From Mobula hypostoma (lineage: Eukaryota), in assembly GCF_963921235.1 (NCBI RefSeq), contig NC_086112.1, positions 21,018,001 through 21,082,000 on the forward strand: 64,000 nucleotides of DNA, read 5' to 3'. Shown in pieces: positions 26,870-38,751 of the stretch; the stretch's first letter is position 1; each line of letters begins with the position of its first letter. The notes beneath the pieces are model-generated. The model made no database searches, was not told where the DNA came from, and saw only the letters and a list, made by a program, of their open reading frames with translations. Position numbers and translations under genes: made by a program.

Positions 26870-27560
26870 AAGAACTCTGGGATGGCCACTGAGATTGGCA
26901 GGCTTGGCCACAGACTGAGCAGGAGGTGCTTGACGAAGTGGGTGGGTGGGTTAGGTTGTGGGCGTGCTCCTGTCATTTTTGCTGAGCCTCCTGGTGAATA
27001 AACCCAAGGTTCTCATTGCCATCCTGAGTGCCCCTTGTCTATTCCAAGAGGCCGTGGGCCAGCAATTCCCCTGCCAATGGTGATATTACATGCTTTCATA
27101 GATACATTGAAGAACGTCCTTGAGTCTCTTTCTTCATTCAGCTGGTAATCTCTGGCTGTGACAGGGCTCAAAGTAGGATGTCTGCTTTGAGTGTTTGGTG
27201 CCAGGCATGCAAAAGGCAAATCTACTGGAACCAGCTATATGTAACTGGGCTTCTATTTCTGGGCACGCTGAACTGAGATAGCATGCTGACATTAATTTGC
27301 TTATCCTTCCAGGAAATATGGCAAAATTTGCGGAGCCAACTTTGGTGGTAATTTCTCGTTGCCAAGTACATGTTGTTTGCAGTCCAGGTCTCAGCTGGAG
27401 ACAAGAGGGTAGGGATCGCCTACCTAGTAACCTGTGATCTTCGTGGTAGGTTTTAGCTTTGGATCTTCAAGTATACTTGCCCTTACACAACCAAAGAATG
27501 TGATAGCTGGCTGAAGGTGGTGGTGAAATTCATCATTTTTCCCCATGGCGGCGTATAAAG
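26870..27560 (-). mobile_element. Old RTE-clade LINE remnant
   Basis: AETWT...YHQSWLRKFCHISWKDKQINVSMLSQ resembles the RTE ORF C-terminus. Confidence 0.55.
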
Positions 27561-27700
27561 AGAAGAGGGTATTTCTTTTAAAGTGAGACAGAGCAGATTT
27601 AAAGCACATCCAATGGATGTTTTTTTTTTAGACAGGACGTGATTGATATCTGGAAAGTGCTACTAGAGGTGGTGGTAGAATCAGCACTGTATTTAAAAAC

Positions 27701-27756
<56 letters not shown>

Positions 27757-27930
27757 AAGTACTGGTGGAACTCAGCAGGTCAGGAAGTATCCATGCAAAT
27801 GAATAAACAGTTGACATCTTGGACCGAGACCTCTCTTCAGGACTGGAAAGGAAGGTGAAAAATGCCAGAATAAAAAGGTGGAGGAAGGGGAAAGGGAAGG
27901 AGGATAGCTGGAAGGTGATAGGTAAAGTTA
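27701..27930 (-). mobile_element. (AC)n microsatellite expanded within a Penelope-derived short element
   Basis: (AC)n at 27701-27754 followed by ...GGAACTCAGCAGGTCAGG...CTTCAGGACT. Confidence 0.7.
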
Positions 27931-28577
27931 GCCTGAATGTTATATATTTAAAAGACCTTTAGGCAGAGATATAAACAGGCAAGACAGAGAAGGATACAGT
28001 CCTAATGGGGCAACTGGGATAAGTGTGGATGAACAAAAAGGCCAACATGAATGAGATGGGCCAAAGAGTCTGTTTCCGTACAGTACTCTTCACAACTCAA
28101 CAACTTCCTTCATAAAGAAGTGATCCTGGGATATGGGAAATGGTCTACATGTTCTACTTTTCATCGCGAACCATCATTGTCAAAGGGCAGTGTTGCAGGG
28201 AGGAACAGGTTGATAGAAGACCTTTATTTTGCAAGCATTAAGTGTAAGAACCATCCTGTAATATGATTCAGTGAATATCAAAGTGTGTGTATACATGAAG
28301 GCATCTTCAGATTGCTGCAACTCAGCGGGGTACTCTCAGTTCTGGAGCGAAGGCAGAGTGGCTTAAGCAGTTTCCTGTTGTTCTGTAGGTTACAACCTGA
28401 TCAAGGTCATGTCATTACAGTTATTGGTGCAGGCATAGAACAAAGAACATTTACAGCACAGTGTAAGCCTTTTGGCCCACAATGATGTGCCCACCTTTTA
28501 ACCTACTCTGACCTATCTAATAACCCTTTCCTCCACCACAGCCCTCCATTTTTCAATCATCCATGTGCTTACCTAAG

Positions 28578-30719
28578 CACATTGGATTGGGACAGGTTGT
28601 TCTCTGGCAAAGATATGATTGGTAGGTGGGAAGCTTTCAAAGGGGAAATTTTGAGAGTACAGAGTTTGTATGTTCCTGTCAGGATTAAAGGCAAATTGAA
28701 TAGGAATAAGGAACCTTGGTTCTCAAGGGATATTGCAACTCTGATAAAGAAGAAGAGGGAGTTGTATGAAATGTACAGGAAACAGGGAGTAAATCAGGTG
28801 CTTGAGGAGTATAAGAAGTGCAAGAATATACTTAAGAAAGAAATCAGGAGGGCAAAAAGAAGACATGAGGTTGCCTTGGCAGTCAAAGTGAAGGATAATC
28901 CAAAGAGCTTTTACAAGTATATTAAGAGCAAAAGGATTGTAAGGGATAAAATTGGTCCTCTTGAAGATCAGAGTGGTCGGCTTTGTGTGGAACCAAAGGA
29001 AATGGGGGAGATCTTAAATAGGTTTTTTGCGTCTGTATTTACTAAGGAAGCTGGCATGAAGTCTATGGAATTGAGGGAATCAAGTAGTGAGACCATGGAA
29101 ACTGTACAGATTGAAAAGGAGGAGGTGCTTGCTGTCTTGAGGAAAATTAAAGTGGATAAATCCCCGGGACCTGACAGAGTGTTCCCTTGGACCTTGAAGG
29201 AGACTAGTGTTGAAATTGCGGGGGCCCTGGCAGAAATATTTAAAATATCGCTGTCTACGGGTGAAGTGCCGGGGGATTGGAGAGTGGCTCATGTTGTTCC
29301 GTTGTTTAAAAAAGGATCGAAAAGTAATCCAGGAAATTATAGGCCGGTGAGTTTAACGTCAGTAGTAGGTAAGTTATTGGAGGGAGTACTAAGAGACAGA
29401 ATCTACAAGCATTTGGATAGACAGGGGCTTATTAGGGAGAGTCAACATGGCTTTGTGCGTGGTAGGTCATGTTTGACCAATCTGTTGGAGTTTTTCGAGG
29501 AGGTTACCAGGAAAGTGGATGAAGGGAAGGCAGTGGATATTGTCTACATGGACTTCAGTAAGGCCTTTGACAAGGTCCCACATGGGAGGTTAGTTAGGAA
29601 AATTCAGTCGCTAGGTATACATGGAGAGGTGGTAAATTGGATTAGACATTGGCTCAATGGAAGAAGCCAGAGAGTGGTGGTAGAGAATTGCTTCTCTGAG
29701 TGGAGGCCTGTGACTAGTGGTGTGCCACAGGGATCAGTCCTGGGTCCATTGTTATTTGTCATCTACATCAATGATCTGGATGATAATGTGGTAAATTGGA
29801 TCGGCAAGTTTGCTGATGATACAAAGATTGGAGGTGTAGTAGACAGTGAGGAAGGTTTTCAGAGCCTGCAGAGGGACTTGGACCAGCTGGAAAAATGGGC
29901 TGAAAAATGGCAGATGGAGTTTAATACTGACAAGTGTGAGGTATTGCACGTTGGAAGGACAAACCAACGCAGAACATACAGGGTTAATGGTAATGCACTG
30001 AGGAGTGCATTGGAACAGAGGGATCTGGGAATACAGATACAAAATTCCCTAAAAGTGTCGTCACAGGTAGATAGGGTCGTAAAGAGAGCTTTTGGTACAT
30101 TGGCCTTTATTAATCAAAGTATTGAGTATAAGAGCTGGAATGTTATGATGAGGTTGTATAAGGCATTGGTGAGGCCGAATCTGGAGTATTGTGTTCAGTT
30201 TTGGTCACCAAATTACAGGAAGGATATAAATAAGGTTGAAAGAGTGCAGAGAAGGTTTACAAGGATGTTGCCAGGACTTGAGAAACTCAGTTACAGAGAA
30301 AGGTTGAATAGGTTAGGACTTTATTCCCTGGAGCGTAGAAGAATGAGGGGAGATTTGATAGAGGTATATAAAATTATGATGGGTATAGATAGAGTGAATG
30401 CAAGCAGGCTTTTTCCACTGAGGCAAGGGGAGAAAAAAACCAGAGGACATGGGTTAAGGGTGAGGGGGGAAAAGTTTAAAGGGAACATTAAGGGGGGTTT
30501 CTTCACACAGAGAGTGGTGGGAGTATGGAATGAGCTGCCAGACGAGGTGGTAAATGCGGGTTCTTTTTTAACATTTAAGAATAAATTGGACAGATACATG
30601 GATGGGAGGTGTATGGAGGGATATGGTCCGTGTGCAGGTCAGTGGGACTAGGCAGAAAATGGTTCGGCACAGCCAAGAAGGGCCAAAGGGCCTGTTTCTG
30701 TGCTGTAGTTTCTATGGTT
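28578..30719 (+). mobile_element. Young 5'-truncated CR1 LINE
   Basis: Intact ORF2 3' part, TTCTATGGTTCTA tail, and short TSD CTAAG (28573-28577, 30720-30724). Confidence 0.95.
28582..30651 (+). CDS. CR1 ORF2 reverse transcriptase, N-terminally truncated (no endonuclease domain)
   Basis: 689 uninterrupted codons with KSPGPD, NYRPVSLTS, QHGF, DFSKAFDKV, GVPQGSVLGP and FADDTK RT motifs; begins at the truncation point (TTG), so probably not expressed. Confidence 0.9.
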   Translation: MDWDRLFSGKDMIGRWEAFKGEILRVQSLYVPVRIKGKLNRNKEPWFSRDIATLIKKKRELYEMYRKQGVNQVLEEYKKCKNILKKEIRRAKRRHEVALAVKVKDNPKSFYKYIKSKRIVRDKIGPLEDQSGRLCVEPKEMGEILNRFFASVFTKEAGMKSMELRESSSETMETVQIEKEEVLAVLRKIKVDKSPGPDRVFPWTLKETSVEIAGALAEIFKISLSTGEVPGDWRVAHVVPLFKKGSKSNPGNYRPVSLTSVVGKLLEGVLRDRIYKHLDRQGLIRESQHGFVRGRSCLTNLLEFFEEVTRKVDEGKAVDIVYMDFSKAFDKVPHGRLVRKIQSLGIHGEVVNWIRHWLNGRSQRVVVENCFSEWRPVTSGVPQGSVLGPLLFVIYINDLDDNVVNWIGKFADDTKIGGVVDSEEGFQSLQRDLDQLEKWAEKWQMEFNTDKCEVLHVGRTNQRRTYRVNGNALRSALEQRDLGIQIQNSLKVSSQVDRVVKRAFGTLAFINQSIEYKSWNVMMRLYKALVRPNLEYCVQFWSPNYRKDINKVERVQRRFTRMLPGLEKLSYRERLNRLGLYSLERRRMRGDLIEVYKIMMGIDRVNASRLFPLRQGEKKTRGHGLRVRGEKFKGNIKGGFFTQRVVGVWNELPDEVVNAGSFLTFKNKLDRYMDGRCMEGYGPCAGQWD

Positions 30720-32351
30720 CTAAGAGTTTCTTACATGCTCCTAATGTCTCTGCCCTTAGCACCACCCCTAGCAAGGCATTCCACAGCCTCACCATCCTCT
30801 GTGCAAAATACTTCTGACATCCCTCTATACTTTCCTCCAATCACATTAAAATTATGTCCTTCATACTAGCCATTTTCCCCCTGGGAAAATGTCTCTGGTG
30901 ATCCATTTGATTCTGCCTCTTATCATCTTCTGGACCTCTATCAAGTCATCTCTCATCCTCCTTCACTCCAAAGACAAAGTCCTAGTTCGCTCAACCTACA
31001 TATCCTCATCAGACATGCTCTCTAATCCAGGCAGCATCCTGGTAAATCTCCTCTGCACCCTCTCTAAAGCTTTCACATCCTTCCTATAATGAAGTGACCA
31101 GAACTGAACACAATACTCCAAGTGTGGTTTAACTAGAGTTTTATAGAGCTGCAATATTACTTGGTGGCTCTTGAACTCAATCCCCATCAATCTTGTATTA
31201 TTCTCTTTGTCTTTGGAATGTTTCCCAAAAAATGCTCTACTGTTACTGTATTTGAGTTTATAAAAGGTGACAAAGCACTTCAGTCAATTGTGATTCTCAG
31301 AACAGTTTTGGCAGGGTCAAGGAAATGATTACGGAAACTTCTGCATTAGTCTATCATATCATACAACAGTGTTTACAGCTGCTTTGGATTATACAGTTAG
31401 TATACACTTGCAATCATGAGAGTAAATGCAAAGTTATAATTTAATTTGGTTCTTGTGCAGAAAAATAGATCCCAAAATGGAACAAGCTGTACTGTACACT
31501 TATCAACAGTAAAAGAATAGAGCACTTGTCTACAGAGCCTTTGATTATCTTTGGAACAGGACAACATAGAAGCAGGAGTAGATATTTTTAGCTCCTTAAA
31601 CCTGTTTCACCATCTATTGAGAACATAAGTAAATCTGTGACTGCACCCATCAATGACAGCAAGAAACTAATTTACCAACATCATAAAATAAAAATATATC
31701 AGTTCCAAATTTAGCATTGACAGTTAAGAGCATATGAAGCAACAAAACAATGATTTAATTGTTAGACAACGACTTAAGTGCTGGGCCAGATTGAAAAGGT
31801 CAGGGTGTCGGGGCCCAGCGCGAGGAATGGACCTGTTCAGCCTGCTGCTCTGTGTCAATTTACTCAGCTCTGCACTGAACTGAGGCCGTGGCTGTGAACA
31901 GACTCTTTCGTGGACTTCAGTTCTGAACGCTATTTGATTGCTTTTATTGTTTGCACGATTTTTTTCCTCACTGCACATTGGGTGTTTGACTGAATTCTTT
32001 CTTTAAGGGGTTCCTTCGGGTGTTTTTGATTTGTGGCTGCCTGTAAGAAGACAAATTTCAAGGTTGTATAATGTACACATACTTTGTTAATAATTGTACT
32101 TTGAATGTTGAAGATCATTTGCTGTTTGTGGGAGTGTTTACTAACTTTCTGGAATCTTTTGCACATAGAAATCTTTTGTATCCACTCCTAAAAAGCTTAG
32201 CTCTAATTCTTTGGCTGCAGTAGAAATTCAGCTTGTTGCACCGCATTTCTGAATTACAGTTCCTTTACAGCTAATTGAATCAAAATCAAGAAAAAGCAAT
32301 CAATATGTAGCTGCTACTGAACTATTTCACACTTAGCACATATGATCAGGG

Positions 32352-32881
32352 TAGGGTTGCCAACTATCCCATATTAGCCAGGACATCCCGTATATTGGGC
32401 TAAATTGGTTTCTCCGATATGGGACTGCCCTTGTCCCGTATTTCCCCCACTAAGGTAGAGCGTTCCCATGAAACCATTTGTAAGTTGAAGAGGCAATTAC
32501 CATTAATTTATTTGGGAAAAATTTTTGAGCATTCCCAGACCGAAAAAATAACCTACCAAATCATACCAAATAACACATAAAACCTAAAATAACACTAGTA
32601 TATAGTAAAAGTAGGAATGATATGATAAATACACAGCCTATGTAAAGTAGAAATTATGTATGTACAGAGTAGTTTCACTTAACAGATCAGAAAGATTAAG
32701 CCAAAACTGATTTGTAGAAAAAAAATTGGCACGTACACGCATGCGCACGTCACACTTGCGCACATAGGTGCCCGCGCAAGGTTTCATGGTCATGGTAGTC
32801 TTTTTCAGGGTAAACACAAGTGTCCCATATTTGACTGCTACTTTTGTCCCTTATTTGCAAGTGAGAAAGTTGGCAACCCTA
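32352..32881. mobile_element. hAT-type non-autonomous element
   Basis: Perfect 14-bp TIR TAGGGTTGCCAACT / AGTTGGCAACCCTA; imperfect 8-bp TSD GATCAGGG / AGTCAGGG. Confidence 0.85.
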
Positions 32882-33713
32882 AGTCAGGGCCCAATTTTTG
32901 CACCACTTGCTGTTCACCTTACTGACAATCTTACAGATCATCAGCCAACGAGACTACAATGTTGCACAATTCACCCAAAACAAGAAATGGATGGCCACAC
33001 TCATTTATTGAAGTTTCACAACAATATTTAAAATACAACAGATTGCAGAGATATTTAATTTTCAGTGTGTACATATTAGCTCTGGATCAATAGTATAATG
33101 GGCAGGCATAATATTCTAACCAGTGATAATTATGACACAGTTAACCTACTGTAACGTTACTAACTCCGCTATTTGACTGGCTATAGACACTACACAGCAT
33201 TATCAAATTTGCAGGAAACACATGGTCCTAGTACTTATTACTTGCAGAAAGCAGGAAAAGGGGTTCTTTCCTGGAAAGAAAGGAGAAGATTTGCAGAAAA
33301 TTCAAAGATATTAAGGTTTTAGAATTTCAGTGCTGCATATATTGGAGGATAGAATGATGAAATTTGTATTTTGTGAGGGAAAGGATAAGTAAGTTTAAAG
33401 ACTGCGTGATGCCAAGTTGGTCAAAATTGACCATTATGCAAAGTGGTAGACGATGAAGTAAAAGTCAGAAAAAAGAAGGCAGTGACACAGATGCTTGTCA
33501 GTCAAAAAATAAGTGCCATCCTGGTCACATAGCCTGAATTACTACACTGCAGAGGCATGACAAAAGGTGGGGCAGGCATTCTATTTGCTCGCCATAGTTT
33601 AGATGGGAGATTCAGATAATACCTGAAGAAATGGCATTTTTAAACAGGTCATTTTGATATCAATGGCTATTTCATTAACAGAGAGAAAGGGGAGAATCTG
33701 AGCAGAAACTTAC

Positions 33714-34344
33714 CTACTTGGAGCTTACAATCTATATCACTCTCTGACCATAAACCGCACAACAAATCTTCTGCTGTGTTGATGGCTCGATCGGTAATGA
33801 CTGCAAAGTACACTCAGTGGCTATCCTAGTGACCAGTCTGGTCTTCTGCTGCTGTAGCCCATCCTCCTCAAGGATCACCATATTATGCATTCAGTGTCGC
33901 TATTCTGCACTCTACTGTTGTAATGTGCGACTATTTGAGTTACTGCTGCCTTCCAGCCAGCTTGTCCACTTTCTTCTGACTTTTCTCACTAACAAGGCAT
34001 TTTCACCTACAGAACTGCAGCTGACTGGATGTTTTCTGCTTCTTTCACCATTCTCTATAAACTCTAGAGACTGTTGTCAGTGAAAATTCCAGAAGATCAG
34101 CAATTCCTGAGGTACTCAAACCACCTCATCTGCTACCAATAATCATTGCATGGTCAAAGTCACTGAGATCACATACCTTCACCATTCCGATGTTTGGTCT
34201 GAAAAACAGCTGAACCTCTTGACCATGTCTGCATGCTTTCATGCATTGAGTTGCTGCCACATGATTGGCTGGTTAGATATTTACATTAACGAGCAGGTGT
34301 ACAGGTGTACCTAATAAAGTGGCCATTGACTGTATGTCACTCTC
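33714..34344 (-). pseudogene. Exon remnant G, split by a Tc1-like MITE (pieces 34344-34333 and 33808-33714)
   Basis: Removing the MITE and one TA gives a stop-free 107-nt exon RVTYFAVITDRAINTAEDLLCGLWSESDIDCKLQV; acceptor TTTTATTGTCAAG|, consensus donor TAG|GTAAGT. Confidence 0.65.
33811..34332 (-). mobile_element. Tc1-like MITE inserted in exon G
   Basis: TA at both ends, degenerate TIR CACTCAGTGGC / GCCATTGACTG; homologous to 8506, 38008 and 52916. Confidence 0.85.
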
Positions 34345-35357
34345 CTTGACAATAAAATCACACAATTAACCTTTCGTATTGGTGATGGCTCCCTCAGTCA
34401 CGTCTGTGAAATATGCGCAGAAGGAAATTACAGAATTAACCAGTGAAGGCAAAATATGTATTTTCTCAGGTGTGTCTTTTTTTTGCATTTTCTTCTTTTT
34501 GATACTCAATCATAGACAGTTATTCTCACAAGAAAAAAGTGTCCAATTAAATATCCATGTTCTCATAGCCTACGTCTCTTGCTAAGTAATTCAAGCACAA
34601 GCTTAGCAAGGTAATTGTTAGGTATGGTCTTTTAAAGAGGAAGTAAACTGAAGTGATGAAGTCATTGCATTGATTTCCATTCAGTCACAGTAAATTTCCC
34701 AAACCCCAGCTGCCAACTGTACAGCTCAATAACCTCAATTAGCCTCTAAAGGGAACAAAACCAAGATTCACTAATCCATCGGTTCAATGTGCTGTTGGAT
34801 TTCCTCTTTCTACCCGGAATTCTTGATGGAAAAATTATGGCATGATTACTCTGGAATGTAGCCATGGAATTTGGTGATGAGAAGAAATAGATGAAAAGCA
34901 GTCAATGTAAAGAAAGGAAGAAGCAAAGATGATGAAAGTAATGCTCCTATTCTTGATGCATTTGATAGTAATTCAAACAGATGCATGGAAAGTAAGTCAT
35001 TTTTCATTATCTTGTAATGCGGATTTTTAAAAAATATTTGACAGGAAGAAGTATGTAACGAGGTAGAAAAAGGTTAAAAAATGATTGTAATTCCTTTTTA
35101 TTTTGCTCACAATATAATGAGCAGGCAATGATGATGCACAGAACATTTTCCACTGTCTCAGAGGAACAGTTTAAAGATATTCATAATAGCATGCAAAACC
35201 TTTATTGCCTCAGCCCAAGTTGAAGTCAAACTCGAGATAGGAACATGACAGACAGATATCCCAACACATTGCCTCACCTAATCCCATCTGTAAAGTAACA
35301 CACATCAAAGTTGCTGGTGAACGCAGCAGGCCAGGCAGCATCTCTAGGAAGAAGTGC

Positions 35358-35393
35358 AGTTGACGTTTCAGGTTGAGACCCTTCGTCAGGACT
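35358..35393 (-). ncRNA. Minimal type I hammerhead ribozyme motif (second arm)
   Basis: AGTC-CTGACGA-AGG(GTCTCAA)CCT-GAAA-C-GTC-AACT on the minus strand; one stem I mismatch. Confidence 0.7.
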
Positions 35394-37389
35394 AACTGAA
35401 GGAAGAGTTAGTAAGAGATTTGAAAGTGGGAGGGGGAGGGGGAGATCCAAAATGATAGGAGAAGACAAGAGGGGGAGGGATGGAGCCAAGAGCTGGACAG
35501 GTGATTGGCAAAGGGGATATGAGAGGATCATGGGACAGGAGGCCCAGGGAGAAGGAAAAGTGGGGGGGGGGGACCCAGAGGATGGGCAAGGGGTATAGTC
35601 AGAGGGACAGAGGGAGAAAAAGGAGAGAGACAGAAAGAATGTGTGTATAAAAATACATAACGAATGGGGTACGAGGGGGAGGTGGGGCATTAGCGGAAAT
35701 TAGAGAAGTCAATGTTCATGCCATCAGGTTGGAGGCTACCCAGACGGAATATAAGGTGTTGTTCCTCCAACCTGAGTGTGGCTTCATCTTTACAGTAGAG
35801 GAGGCCGTGGATAGACATGTCAGAATGGGAATGGGATGTGGAATTAAAATGTGTGGCCACTGGGAGATCCTGCTTTCTCTGGCGGACAGAGCGTAGGTGT
35901 TCAGAAAAACGGTCTCCCAGTCTGCATCGGGTCTCGCCAATATATAGAAGGCCACATCGGGAGCACCGGACGCAGTATATCACCCCAGCCGACTCACAGG
36001 TGAAGTGTCGCCTCACCTGGAAGGATGAATGGTGGTAAGGGAGGAAGTGTAAGAGCATATGTAGCACTTGTTCCGCTTACAAGGATAAGTGCCAGGAGGG
36101 AGATCAGTGGGGAGGGATGGGGGGGACGAATGGACAAGGGAGTCGCGTAGGGAGCGATCACTGCAGAAAGCAGAGAGAGGGGGCAAAGGAAAGATGTGCT
36201 TAGTGGTGGGATCCCGCTGGAAGTGGCGGAAGTTACGGAGAATAATATGTTGGACCCGAGGCTGGTGGGGTGGTAGGTGAGGACCAGGGGAACCCTATTC
36301 CTAGTGGGGTGGCGGGAGGATGGAGTGAGAGCAGATGTGCGCGAAATGGGGGAGATGCGTTTGAGAGCAGAGTTGATGGTGGAGGAAGGGAAGCCCCTTT
36401 CTTTAAAAAAGGAGGACATCTCCCTCGTCCTGGAATGAAAAGCCTCATCCTGAGAGCAGATGCGGCGGAGACGGAGGAATTGCGAGAAGGGGATGGCATT
36501 TTTGCAAGAGACAGGGTGAGAAGAGGAATAGTCCAGATAGCTGTGAGAGTCAGTGGGCTTATAGTAGACATCAGTGGATAAGCTGTCTCCAGAGACAGAG
36601 ACAGAAAGATCTAGAAAGGGGAGGGAGGAGTCGGAAATGGACCAGGTAAACTTGAGGGCAGGGTGAAAGTTGGAGGCAAAGTTAATAAAGTCAACGAGCT
36701 CAGCATGCGTGCAGGAAGCAGTGTCAATGCAGTCATTGATGTAGCGAAGGAAAAGTGGGGGACAGATACCAGAATAGGTTCAAAACAAAGCCAACAAAAA
36801 GGCAGGCATAGCTAGGACCCATACGGGTGCCCACAGCTACACATAGCTACCCAACGCAGACTGGGAGATCATTTTGCTGAATACCTACGCTCTGTCCGCC
36901 AGAGAAAGCAGGATCTCCCAGTGGCCACACATTTTAATTCCACATCCCATTCCCATTCTGATATGTCTATCCACAGCCTCCTCTACTGTAAAGATGAAGC
37001 CACACTCAGGTTGGAGGAACAACATCTTATATCCCGTCTGGGTAGCCTCCAACCTGATAGCATGAACATTGACTTCTCTAACTTCCGCTAATGCCCCACC
37101 TCCCCCTTGTACCCCATCCGTTATTTATTTTTATACACACATTCTTTCTGTCTCTCTCCTTTTTCTCCCTCTGTCCCTCTGACTATACCCCTTGCCCATC
37201 CTCTGGGTTTTCCCCCCTCCCCCTTTTCCTTCTCCCTGGGCCTCCTGTCCCATGATCCTCTCATATCCCTTTTGCCAATCACCTGTCCAGCTCTTGGCTC
37301 CATCCCTCCCCCCCCTGTCTTCTCCTATCATTTTGGATCTCCCCCTCCCCCTCCCACTTTCAAATCTCTTACTAGCTCTTCCTTCAGTT

Positions 37390-37425
37390 AGTCCTGACGA
37401 AGGGTCTCGGCCTGAAACGTCGACT
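37390..37425 (+). ncRNA. Minimal type I hammerhead ribozyme motif (Penelope pLTR)
   Basis: AGTC-CTGACGA-AGG(GTCTCGG)CCT-GAAA-C-GTC-GACT: stem I, CUGANGA core, stem II, GAAA, palindromic ACGT helix III and GUC cleavage triplet. Confidence 0.8.
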
Positions 37426-38007
37426 GTATCTCTTCCTAGAGATGCTGCCTGGCCTGCTGCGTTCACCAGCAACTTTGACATATGTTGCTTGAATTTCCAG
37501 CATCTGCTGAATTCCTCGTGTTTGCCATCTGTAAAGTACAAGCTTTTGTCTGTACCCTGCATGATTAACAAACTTGGATAAGTCCTTTTACACGTGTAGT
37601 ACTTATCCATCACCCAGATCTTTGATGTATATGTATGAACAGTATACTCTGTATATGCCCATGTTAAAAATGTTGGGTAATGCTTTGTGTTCTTACTTGG
37701 AAAAAGGGAAGTGTTGCTGTCAGAACATACTACAGCTCAAAACAGCCTTTTATCTGGTGAGAATTTATGGCACACTGCACTTCAAACCAAGTGTAGAATT
37801 GGACCTTTACAGACACCCTTCATTTAATCCTATTCATACTTAAACTGTCATGTGGGTAATATAAAGTCACAATTTCCACGCCATTAATAAGTAGAGGCTT
37901 AACTAAAGTACATTTCATCATCGGTTACATTTTTCTCATAATCCTGCTCTGTGAAGGCCTGTTCATTAGTGGCTGATTTCCAAAAGTGCCACAGCTAATA
38001 GACTCTA

Positions 38008-38681
38008 CACTTAGTGGCCACTTTATTAGGTACACCAGTACACTCGCTCCTTAATGCGAATATTTAATCAGCCAATCATGTATCACCAATTCAATGCATA
38101 AAAGCATGCATGCATGGCCAAGAGGTTCAGCTGTTCAGCCTAAACATCAGTATGGGTAAGAAGTGTGATCTAAATGACTTCGACCATGGAATAATTGTTG
38201 GTGCTAGACAGGGTGGTCTGAGTATCTCAGAGACTGCTGATCTCTGGGACTTTCATGCCCAGCAGTCTCGAACCAGTACATCTCTGGACCATGGGAGGAA
38301 AACCAGAGTACCCGCAGGAAACCCACACAGCTCATGGTGAGAATGTACAAGCTCCTTATAGGTCACGCTGGAGTGGAACTCTAAATGCCCCATCATGTGA
38401 ATCGCTGTGCTGCTGTGTTCTTTGTCTTATTGTGTGTGGATTTTTTTGCACTACATTGGATCCTAAGTTACAATTATTTCATTCTCCTTTACACTTTAAT
38501 ACCGGGAAAAAAAACGTTGAACAATCTAGAATTTTGAAATTTGAATCTTGAAATAACCATGTGTTGCAACAGTAGTTTGCAGAAGAGCATCTCTGAATGC
38601 AGAAGACATCAAACTTTGAAGTGGATGGCAGAAGACCACATCGGGTTCCACTTCTGTACCTAATAAAGTGGTCAGTGACTG
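38008..38681 (+). mobile_element. Tc1-like MITE with an internal SINE-like insertion
   Basis: CACTTAGTGGCCACTTTATTAGGTAC start; MGKKCDLNDFDHGIIVGARQGGLSISETADL transposase remnant. Confidence 0.8.
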
Positions 38682-38751
38682 AACAACCAGGGATATGTTC
38701 ATTTGTTGACCAAGCAGCCTTGTATTTGAAAAAGAAGGGTAATTGAATTAC

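Larger units (their letters stand above)
28435..31190 (-). mobile_element. Older CR1 3' fragment, host of the young CR1 insertion
   Basis: 3' UTR at 28435-28577 continues at 30725; LYKTLVKPHLEYCVQFWS at 30996-31190. Confidence 0.75.
35298..37524 (-). mobile_element. Penelope-like retroelement, 5'-truncated, with inverted pLTR
   Basis: GIY-YIG endonuclease (GVIYCVRCSRCGLLYIGETRCRLGDRFSEH, 36067-35690); RT remnant (GTRMGPSYACLFVG, RYIND); perfect 14-bp TSD CCATCTGTAAAGTA (35284-35297, 37525-37538); inverted arms ~35298-35925 and ~36856-37485. Confidence 0.95.
35278..37648 (-). pseudogene. Exon remnant F, split by a Penelope insertion (pieces 37648-37525 and 35283-35278)
   Basis: Removing the element and one TSD copy gives a stop-free 130-nt exon EYTVHTYTSKIWVMDKYYTCKRTYPSLLIMQGTDKSLYFTDGIR with ATACAG| acceptor and TAG|GTGAGG donor. 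Confidence 0.65.
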
